Assembly (NCBI GenBank): GCA_037127815.1
Contig: JBAXXP010000002.1
Coordinates: 142,943-206,942 of the forward strand
From: a bacterium
GTDB taxonomy: Bacteria > Patescibacteriota > Minisyncoccia > Phycocordibacterales > CAIZLB01
Length of the DNA: 64,000 nt
Direction of reading: 5' to 3'
In this document: in pieces, positions 56,945 to 64,000 of the stretch
Layout: every line of letters starts with the position of its first letter
How positions within the stretch are numbered: the stretch's first letter is position 1
Translations under genes and position numbers: made by a program
Notes under the pieces: generated by a model
Database searches by the model: none
Seen by the model: only the letters and a program-made list of their open reading frames with translations
What the model was told of the DNA's origin: nothing

Positions 56945-58399
56945 TTATAACCTCAAAGTGAAAGTTGAGCCAACATTCTCCTCTGATGCAAAACTAATAC
57001 TTCCGCCAAGTGCCTCAGCAACTGATTTAACAAGATATAGACCAAGTCCAGTACTTTGGCTACTACTAACATCCTGTACATTTTTCGCACGAAACAGCTT
57101 TGAAAAAACTCTGTTTTGCTGATCCTTTGGAATTCCCAGACCAGTATCTGTTACGCTTATTTCTCCTTGATCTAGACTTACTCCATCCTGCAAATCAATT
57201 GTTATACTTCCGCCGTCTCTATTGTACTTAATGGCATTTGTAATCAGGTTTTGAATAACAATTCTGAGAAGTTTTGGATCACTATTCACATTTGATAATG
57301 CATTATTGTATTTCTTATTAAATACGATTTTCTTTGCATCAATTTGCGACGCAAGTTCAACGATAATTCCATCAACAATTAGGGGCACATTTGTAGATTC
57401 TTTTGTTATTGCAAGTGTACCGATTTCTATTCTTGAAACATTTAATAAAGTCTCTACTAAATCAACCATATCTTTATTAACCCTAGCCATTCTACCTAAA
57501 TATTCTTTTTGCTTATCTGTTAAGACACCTAAATCTCCAGATGAAAGCATTTCTGTATACCATTTAATTGTTGCAAGAGGTGTTCTCAATTGATGTGAAG
57601 CTAAGGAGACGAATTCTGTCTTTGCTTGATCCAATTGCTTTTGCTCTGTTATATCAAAAACTGTAACCAAACCACTTTTCTTACCTGTTGAAAAATCTTT
57701 ACTTTGAAATATTGAAATTGAAGCCCATTTAACTGAACCTTCTTTTGTTATCATTCTAATTTCCTCCTTATTGATTGGTAGATTAGATTTGTAAAAATTA
57801 AGGAATTTCTCACCCAGTTCCTTATCTTCTTCTGCTGTATAAAAAAAGAAATTTTTTCCTGAAATTTCGGCTGGTATAACTCCAAAAAATCTTAGAGCAG
57901 ATTTATTACATCCATGTATTTCACCTTCTTCGTTAATTGTTAAATATGGTATTGGTGCATTTTCATATATTTCCTCAAGCTCCATCTTTGAACCTAGTAG
58001 TTTTTTTGTCTTATATGAAGAGATAAGCTCTGCTCGCGTTGTTGATGTTAAAAGAAGATACACTATATAACCAATAAGTACTGTAGTTATATAGGCAGAA
58101 ATCAACAATATCAATGCTTCAAATCCAGAAGCAGAGAAACTAGTGAACATTCCTCCTCCAGTACCCGCTCCTTCTAGATTAAAATATTTTTGAGGATATA
58201 AAAATATATCAGTGAAGAAAGGGGTGACCCAAAACAAAAGTCCCATTAGCACAATTACAGTTGTAATACTAATTGTAATATGTCTAACAAGAATATCCTT
58301 TTGTTCTAGTTCTGAAGATGGATCCTTTGCTTTTTCCAACAATGGTTCAACTGTAGTTGGCACCAAAGCTGGTATTTCATTTTCTACATTTTCAGTCAT
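56945..58399 (-). CDS. Sensor histidine kinase (TM, PAS, HisKA, HATPase_c)
   Basis: N-terminal transmembrane helices, a PAS segment, the H-box SHQLRTPLATIKWYTEML, N/G boxes (NLITNAIKYN, DTGLGIP, GLGLYLVKS). Confidence 0.85.
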   Translation of the reverse strand: MTENVENEIPALVPTTVEPLLEKAKDPSSELEQKDILVRHITISITTVIVLMGLLFWVTPFFTDIFLYPQKYFNLEGAGTGGGMFTSFSASGFEALILLISAYITTVLIGYIVYLLLTSTTRAELISSYKTKKLLGSKMELEEIYENAPIPYLTINEEGEIHGCNKSALRFFGVIPAEISGKNFFFYTAEEDKELGEKFLNFYKSNLPINKEEIRMITKEGSVKWASISIFQSKDFSTGKKSGLVTVFDITEQKQLDQAKTEFVSLASHQLRTPLATIKWYTEMLSSGDLGVLTDKQKEYLGRMARVNKDMVDLVETLLNVSRIEIGTLAITKESTNVPLIVDGIIVELASQIDAKKIVFNKKYNNALSNVNSDPKLLRIVIQNLITNAIKYNRDGGSITIDLQDGVSLDQGEISVTDTGLGIPKDQQNRVFSKLFRAKNVQDVSSSQSTGLGLYLVKSVAEALGGSISFASEENVGSTFTLRL

Positions 58400-58449
58400 A
58401 GAAATATTATATCACACAGAACTCATGTACTACAGTGTATGGACCCTGA

Positions 58450-59835
58450 TTATTCGTACGAAACCTCATCCTTTCTCTCTCTTAAATCAATTGGGTACTT
58501 TCCATTAAAACATGATGTGCAAAATAGTGATTCGCTAAGTCCAGTTGATTCTATCATTCCATCGTAGGACAGAAAATTTAAAGATGTAGAACCTAAATAT
58601 TTATTCATCTCTTCAATACTCATTTTAGATGCAAGTAAGTCAGATTGCTTTGGTAAATCTATTCCATAAAAATCTGGATATTTAACTGGCGGAGAACTTA
58701 TAACAAAGTGAACCTCCTTTGCGCCCGTTTCAAAAAGCATTTTAACAATTTGGCGAGATGTAGTTCCTCTAACAATTGAATCATCGACAACAATAACCCT
58801 TTTATTTTCAATCATCTCTTTAAGTGGTGCTAGTTTTAACTTAACACCCTGTTCTCTAATATGCTGTTCTGGTTCGATAAAAGTTCTGTGAATATATCTA
58901 CTTTTAATAATTCCCATTTCAAATGGAATTCCAGATGCATTTGCATAACCTATAGCAACAGGAATTGAAGTCTCAGGAATTGGTATAACAACATCTGCAT
59001 CAATTAAATACTCCTCTGCTAAGCGCTTTCCAAAATTCTTTCTAACATCATAAATTGACTTGCCAAGCAAAGTACTGTCAGGTCGGGAAAAATATACGAA
59101 TTCAAAAATATCCAGCTTCTGAATTCCTTTTACGATTTGTTTTATCTTAAGCCCGCTCTCATCTACAACAACCATTTCTCCTGGATTCACATCTCTCATA
59201 AAAGTTGCACCAATTGGATGAAAGGCGCAGGTTTCTGATGCAAAAACAAAGCCTCCATTTAACTTGGCAATAGATAGTGGTCTAATTCCATATTGATCTC
59301 TAAGTGCAATCAACTTATTCTTAGTCATTATTAATATAGAAAAAGATCCCGTCATTAGCGGGAAAATTTCTTCTATAGCATCTTCTATTGTTTTACCTTT
59401 AGTAACAAGGGCGTGCAGTGCTTCTGTGATTATCATAGAGTCGGAAGCTTTTTGCAATTCTATTCCCCTATCCTTCAAAAACTTTGTTAATAGCGTTGTG
59501 CTAGGTAGGTTTCCATTGTGCACCAAGGTGATTGTCTTGTCAGAAGTTTCTATGGGGTGTGCGTACTCAACTCCGGCACCTGACGAGGTTGAATATCTAT
59601 TGTGACCTATTCCAATGTATCCTGGTAGACTTTGTATTATTTTCTCATTGAAGACTTGCGATACTAATCCAACTCCTTTATGACAAAATATTTCTTCCCC
59701 ATCTGTTGTTGCAATTCCTGAATTCTCCTGCCCTCTATGTTGTAGAGAGTATAAACCAAAAAAGGTCAGACGGCTTACGTCTAGACCTTTACCATAGATT
59801 CCAAATACTGCACATTTTTCTCCAGGGTTTTCCAT
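58450..59835 (-). CDS. purF: Amidophosphoribosyltransferase
   Basis: N-terminal nucleophile Cys (CAVFGIYG), a Gn-AT type II domain, and the PRTase motif VIVVDDSIVRGTTSRQIVKML. Confidence 0.9.
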   Translation of the reverse strand: MENPGEKCAVFGIYGKGLDVSRLTFFGLYSLQHRGQENSGIATTDGEEIFCHKGVGLVSQVFNEKIIQSLPGYIGIGHNRYSTSSGAGVEYAHPIETSDKTITLVHNGNLPSTTLLTKFLKDRGIELQKASDSMIITEALHALVTKGKTIEDAIEEIFPLMTGSFSILIMTKNKLIALRDQYGIRPLSIAKLNGGFVFASETCAFHPIGATFMRDVNPGEMVVVDESGLKIKQIVKGIQKLDIFEFVYFSRPDSTLLGKSIYDVRKNFGKRLAEEYLIDADVVIPIPETSIPVAIGYANASGIPFEMGIIKSRYIHRTFIEPEQHIREQGVKLKLAPLKEMIENKRVIVVDDSIVRGTTSRQIVKMLFETGAKEVHFVISSPPVKYPDFYGIDLPKQSDLLASKMSIEEMNKYLGSTSLNFLSYDGMIESTGLSESLFCTSCFNGKYPIDLRERKDEVSYE

Positions 59836-59855
59836 ACACTTATTGTATCATATAT

Positions 59856-59887
59856 TTGGGGTCAGGCACCATGGTGCCTGACCCCAA
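59856..59887. repeat. Copy 6 of the 32-bp palindromic element (perfect)
   Basis: Lies between the ABC gene stop (59895) and the purF start (59835), 20 nt upstream of the purF ATG. Confidence 0.9.
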
Positions 59888-59894
59888 ATAAAAG

Positions 59895-61748
59895 CTAATT
59901 ATGCCCGCCATGCATAAGCATCTTCACAGCATGTTCCATTGAACCAGCAACGGTTATTGTTCCAGAATTTACAAAACAAATTTCATCGGCCCTATCTATT
60001 GTATTTAGCCTGTGGGCAATAATTACTTTTGTAGTTTCAGACGGAAGCTTCATAAGTATTTCTTCCAATAATTGCTCGGTTACAGTATCAATGTTTGCTG
60101 TTGCCTCATCTAAAATTAAAATCTCTGGTTTATGCAAAATTGCACGAATAAACGCAATTAATTGTTTCTGTCCCAAACTAATACCATCACCTGATGTTGT
60201 CACTTTAGAATCAAGACCGTTTTCAAATCTTGCTAACAACTTTGATAATCCAGCTTTTTCAAGTTCATCGCGAAGCATTTCATTTGAATAGTTCGCATAA
60301 TTGTCATTACCATAAATAATATTATCTTTAACTGTACCTGAAAAAAGGAATGGTTCTTGTAGAATAAAACCAATTTTTTTAACTCTATCTGCTGGCTGAT
60401 ACGACCTAATATCAATGCCGTCTAGAAAAATCGTTCCTTCTGTTGGATCAAATAATCTAGCCATTAAGGAAGCTGTTGTTGTCTTTCCTCCGCCAGTTGG
60501 ACCTACAAGTGCATAGGTCTTTCCTTTATCAAATTTAAGATTAATATTACTTAACACGCTCCCTCCATCAGGATAACCAAATGAAACATTTTTAAACTCG
60601 ATAATAAGGCTCTCATTTTTTGTGGGTAAATTTCCGGATGGAATACCCTTCTGTTTATCTTCTTTTGTTAGATCTAAAACCTCTAGATTTGATTTAAGGA
60701 CAAGAATTTCCGATATTCTATCTAAGCCGGCAAGCGCCTGCTGTAGAGATGACCACACAGAAGCAAGCTGTTGCAATGGCCCATAAAAGCTTGTTGTATA
60801 AAGCATAAAACCAATCAGCAAACCAATGGTAAGCTGTCCAGCGGAAATAAGATAAATACCATAAACTAAAACAAGAAGTTGACCAATATTTGATGCCAAA
60901 CTATATATTGGTGTAAACAAGTTATTTGCAATACCAGCACCAAAGTTAGCTTTGAAATTTGTTTCATTAACATTGTCAAACTTTTTGCGAAAATAATCCA
61001 TTCTATTGAAAGCAACAACAACCTTAAAATTATCTATATTTTCTTGAATCTCAGCACTCATTCCTCCAAGACTTTGTAAATTTTCTAGATTTTTTTTCTT
61101 CACCCAACCAGAAATAATTCTTGAAATAATAAAAACTAGAATCGCTGGAATTAAAGCTACTATACCAAGCTTAGGATTCAACACAAGAAGAAATATTCCA
61201 GCACCAACTATCAAGAAAAAGTTTCTCATGAATTGCATCAAAGCCTGAGAGAAAAATTGATTCAGTTGGTCTGTGTCATTATTAATACGAGAAATTAAAT
61301 CTCCGACTTTATTTTGATTAAAGAAAACCAAGGGCAACTCCTGAAGCTTATTGAAAACAGTATTACGTAAATTGAATAAAATCCTTCTTCCGACTCCGCC
61401 CATTCTTGTTGTCTGTATATAACTCGAAAATAATCCAATGAAATAAATTATGAATAATAATACAGCTGTTAATAGAACTTCTCTGTAGTTACCTTTTTGA
61501 ATATAATTGTCTATTGTATAACCAATTATAAGCGGGGCAACTAGGGCAGCAGATGAAGTGACTATTGTAGCGATTAAAGCCATTATTAAATTACGCTTTT
61601 CTCCCTTAATGAAGGATTTCATTTTCTTAAAAGCACTCCACAAACTCACCTTTCTGTCTTTTTTTTCTGTTTTATTAAGCTGGTATTTCATGTTTGTTTG
61701 TACTTTCGTAATTATTTGTACTTTGCTGAGAATCATAAATCTGAACAT
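59895..61748 (-). CDS. ABC exporter, fused permease-ATPase (type I exporter, MsbA/MdlB-like), subunit 2
   Basis: Six transmembrane helices, then Walker A GPTGGGKTT, signature SGDGISLGQKQLIAFIRAI (degenerate), and Walker B ILILDEATANID. The real start is probably internal (MKYQLN...). Confidence 0.85.
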   Translation of the reverse strand: MFRFMILSKVQIITKVQTNMKYQLNKTEKKDRKVSLWSAFKKMKSFIKGEKRNLIMALIATIVTSSAALVAPLIIGYTIDNYIQKGNYREVLLTAVLLFIIYFIGLFSSYIQTTRMGGVGRRILFNLRNTVFNKLQELPLVFFNQNKVGDLISRINNDTDQLNQFFSQALMQFMRNFFLIVGAGIFLLVLNPKLGIVALIPAILVFIISRIISGWVKKKNLENLQSLGGMSAEIQENIDNFKVVVAFNRMDYFRKKFDNVNETNFKANFGAGIANNLFTPIYSLASNIGQLLVLVYGIYLISAGQLTIGLLIGFMLYTTSFYGPLQQLASVWSSLQQALAGLDRISEILVLKSNLEVLDLTKEDKQKGIPSGNLPTKNESLIIEFKNVSFGYPDGGSVLSNINLKFDKGKTYALVGPTGGGKTTTASLMARLFDPTEGTIFLDGIDIRSYQPADRVKKIGFILQEPFLFSGTVKDNIIYGNDNYANYSNEMLRDELEKAGLSKLLARFENGLDSKVTTSGDGISLGQKQLIAFIRAILHKPEILILDEATANIDTVTEQLLEEILMKLPSETTKVIIAHRLNTIDRADEICFVNSGTITVAGSMEHAVKMLMHGGHN

Positions 61749-63435
61749 ATTCTGGAGAAGTCTTCATAAGCTCCTCATGTGTACCAGTGGTTAAAATCTC
61801 CCCATCCATCAGTAGAATAATTTCATCATAGTTTTCAATGGGAGCGATTTTTTGAGTAACTGATATTAGAGTAATACCTGGATAATTCCTTTCAATATTC
61901 TTCAAAATCTTTTTTTCAGTTGTATTGTCCACTCTGGCTGTAAAATCATCTAGTAGCAAGACTTTTGGATTTAAAGCAAGTGCACGAGCAAGCATGACTC
62001 TTTGCTTTTGACCACCAGAAAGACTGGTTCCTCTTTCTGAAACTATAGTATCGAGTTTATTTGGGAGACTATCTATAAAGTCATAAAGTTCTGCTGTCTG
62101 AATAGCCTTTTCTAGATCTTCATCCTTTACAGTGTTACTGAAAGCAATATTTTCTCTTAGAGTTAAATTGAACATTATACTATCTTGGAATACAAACCCT
62201 ACTTGTTTATGTAGAGATTCCTTGCTGTAAAAATCTATATCCCTTTCATCATATTCAATAATTCCAGAGTTTGGAGAAAATAATCCAATGAGTAAATATA
62301 GCAATTGAGTCTTGCCAGCAGCTGTTGGACCAATGATTGCTGTCTTTGTCCCAGCTTTTACACTAAAGGATACATCTTTTAGAATCATCTTATTTCCTAG
62401 CGTAACAGAAACGTGCTTAACACAAACATTACCGTCAATATTTGCAACTGTTGTTCCTGTGTCTTTTTTCCTAGGCTCATTTAAGACTTCTGAAATTCTC
62501 TCCCAAGAAGGTGTAGCTTGCGCAATAACAGCACTAGTAAAACCAAGAATCATTATGGGAAAAATTAAAATAATCAAATAGTTATTAAAAGCACTGAAGC
62601 TTCCAAGAGTCATCGTACCTGCAATTACATAATGACCCCCAAGTGTTAATATTATAAGTGTTGCGATATTTGTAAAAAATGTAATTACTGGAACAAGCCC
62701 TGCAAATAGACCTAAGATTCTTAATCCAATATTTTTTGCTTCAGTATTTACGATTAAAAACTTTTGATATTCATAATCATGTGAATTCAATAATCTAATT
62801 AATGCAGAACCAAGTATACTTTCATTGATTACTTTGTTCAGTGCATCAATTGCTTCTTGTGATTTTTTAAAAAGTTTTCTAACTTTGGAAAAAACGAAAT
62901 AAAATGTGAATCCAATTATTGGAATCACAGAAAGAACAGCAAGGGCTAACCTCCAGTTTATAAGCAAAAGAAGGGTCATCGAACCAACTATTAAAAATAT
63001 AGATGAGACCACCGAAGAAACGGATTGAGAGACAAAGGTTTTAATATTATCAATGTCCGATGTTAAGTTTGTTAGAAGTTTTGACGGTGTCACCTTCTGA
63101 ATATATGAATAATCCTGAACGGATATCTTGGCCATTAATTTTCTCCTAAGGTCTCTTGCTACTCTGCCAGAAGTATAAATTTGGGCAACACCAAGAAGGT
63201 ATGTAAAGATAAATATCAAAATCGCTACTGTGAAAAATTCTAAAGTTACAACATTAATATCAAAAGAACCTTTTGCATATGTATCAATAGCTCTAGCGAT
63301 TATTTTTGGAACAAGCAACGTAAGACCATTTGCAATAATAGTTAGTATAACGAGTAAGGAGATCAGTGATGAGTATGGCTTTAGAGTACCAAATAGACTC
63401 GGATTTTCCTTTTTTTCTCTCTTGTTTTTTTTCAT
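61675..63435 (-). CDS. ABC exporter, fused permease-ATPase, subunit 1 (heterodimer partner)
   Basis: Six transmembrane helices, then Walker A GPTAAGKTQ, signature LSGGQKQRVMLARAL, and Walker B LLLDDFTARVD. It overlaps the downstream partner gene. Confidence 0.85.
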   Translation of the reverse strand: MKKNKREKKENPSLFGTLKPYSSLISLLVILTIIANGLTLLVPKIIARAIDTYAKGSFDINVVTLEFFTVAILIFIFTYLLGVAQIYTSGRVARDLRRKLMAKISVQDYSYIQKVTPSKLLTNLTSDIDNIKTFVSQSVSSVVSSIFLIVGSMTLLLLINWRLALAVLSVIPIIGFTFYFVFSKVRKLFKKSQEAIDALNKVINESILGSALIRLLNSHDYEYQKFLIVNTEAKNIGLRILGLFAGLVPVITFFTNIATLIILTLGGHYVIAGTMTLGSFSAFNNYLIILIFPIMILGFTSAVIAQATPSWERISEVLNEPRKKDTGTTVANIDGNVCVKHVSVTLGNKMILKDVSFSVKAGTKTAIIGPTAAGKTQLLYLLIGLFSPNSGIIEYDERDIDFYSKESLHKQVGFVFQDSIMFNLTLRENIAFSNTVKDEDLEKAIQTAELYDFIDSLPNKLDTIVSERGTSLSGGQKQRVMLARALALNPKVLLLDDFTARVDNTTEKKILKNIERNYPGITLISVTQKIAPIENYDEIILLMDGEILTTGTHEELMKTSPEYVQIYDSQQSTNNYESTNKHEIPA

Positions 63436-63474
63436 TACTATGTATGATTATAGCATATGGAATTATGTACTTAA

Positions 63475-63530
63475 ATATAAAAAAGACCCGGCCGGCGCGA
63501 AGGCGCCGGCCGGGTCTTTTTTATCTAAGG
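63475..63530. terminator. Very strong GC-rich bidirectional hairpin terminator
   Basis: A6-GACCCGGCCGGCGC-GAA-GGCGCCGGCCGGGTC-T6: a perfect 14-bp GC stem with an A-run on one side and a T-run on the other. Confidence 0.6.
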
Positions 63531-63725
63531 CTTTATTACAATCTTCTTTGCCTTCATTTTTTTCTTATTCTTACCTTGAGCGTTATTCCCTTTAGCCATT
63601 TTAATTTTTATTATTTTTTAATGCATAAATTATAGCACAGTTTTTTTTAAGCAAACAAAGAAATTCACAACTCTTGGCCAAGTAATAAGCACCTAGGAAA
63701 TAAACTTGGTTGTGCAAAAATAACT

Positions 63726-63751
63726 CTTGACTATAGGAATCGGTGGTATAA
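63726..63751 (+). promoter_or_regulatory. Candidate promoter with an extended -10 (TGgTATAAT)
   Basis: TTGACT at 63726..63731 and TGGTATAAT at 63743..63751, lying about 40 nt upstream of the ATG at 63790. Confidence 0.4.
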
Positions 63752-63789
63752 TTAGACATCGGCTTTAAAATTTTAAACATACATAAAAC

Positions 63790-64000
63790 ATGAAGAAAAT
63801 ATTATCAACCCTAGCTATTGCATTATTAGTCTCAAGCTTTTCCCTTGCTAACGCAGAGTCTCAATCAAGAGGCGAGAACAGTCAAAAAGAATTGAACGAA
63901 AATTCAAATAAGAACGAGCAATTTGAATCAACAAGCACAGAAAGAGAAATGGAGAAGAATAAAATCGAAAACAATCAGTCTGAACTTTATCGTCAGACAA
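63790..64000 (+). CDS. Partial secreted protein (signal peptide, Glu/Asn/Ser-rich); the gene continues off the window
   Basis: MKKILSTLAIALLVSSFSLANA (a signal peptide) followed by a charged low-complexity region. The ORF is open to the window end. Confidence 0.5.
   Translation, partial: MKKILSTLAIALLVSSFSLANAESQSRGENSQKELNENSNKNEQFESTSTEREMEKNKIENNQSELYRQT

Noticed and set aside
2438-59887. The palindromic repeats as a CRISPR array
   Set aside because: The copies are dispersed tens of kb apart with no regular spacer architecture, so this is not CRISPR.
59706-59891. 61-aa ORF ending GSGTMVPDPK, and the N-terminal extension of 34486..35175
   Set aside because: The peptide is just the translation of the palindromic element, and it overlaps purF.
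63230-63635. Plus-strand ORFs 63230..63595 and 63366..63635, and a small Lys-rich minus-strand peptide around 63525..63599
   Set aside because: They read through the GC hairpin and the antisense of the ABC gene. The peptide segment PAGAKAPAG is the hairpin itself. There is no support for coding.

Overview
The window is an AT-rich (about 33-36% GC), gene-dense bacterial chromosome segment. Its gene content is typical of a small-genome, possibly CPR/Patescibacteria-like organism: type IV pilins with long leaders, a short MetK, N-terminally truncated IF-2, and many secreted or membrane proteins. That taxonomic placement is inference only.

Supported content:
- Partial parB at the left edge.
- Six tRNAs: Leu-CAA, Trp-CCA, Tyr-GTA, Cys-GCA, Leu-TAA and Asn-GTT.
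- An operon of miaA, an ECF-type sigma factor, a membrane protein, and a MacA/MacB-like tripartite efflux set.
- A NUDIX hydrolase, rpmG, an ASCH-domain protein and clpB.
- Two giant secreted proteins (a trypsin-like protease and a YVTN beta-propeller/FN3 protein) that share an identical C-terminal peptidoglycan-binding module.
- A cysteine desulfurase and infB-rbfA.
- An HNH endonuclease inserted between tRNA-Cys and tRNA-Leu.
- A 3D-domain protein, a PLD/cardiolipin-synthase-like protein, a cupin and an acyltransferase-3 protein.
- A slightly GC-elevated block (Cys-rich protein, alpha/beta hydrolase, nitronate-monooxygenase-family flavoprotein).
- A PAS protein, a PEBP protein, a MarR-HlyD-HlyD-MFS efflux operon, an ApbE/FMN-binding/DoxX trio, and metK with an S-box (SAM-I) riboswitch.
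- A tandem array of integrated elements at tRNA-Asn. The youngest carries a large serine recombinase and a prim-pol/D5-type primase-helicase interrupted by one in-frame TAA.
- A long minus-strand cluster: pilins, a DedA protein, secreted low-complexity proteins, a response regulator plus histidine kinase, purF, and a heterodimeric ABC exporter.

The most striking unexplained signal is a perfect 32-bp GC-rich palindrome (TTGGGGTCAGGCACCATGGTGCCTGACCCCAA). It occurs six times plus one degenerate copy, almost always within 5-20 nt of a start codon, including inside operons.
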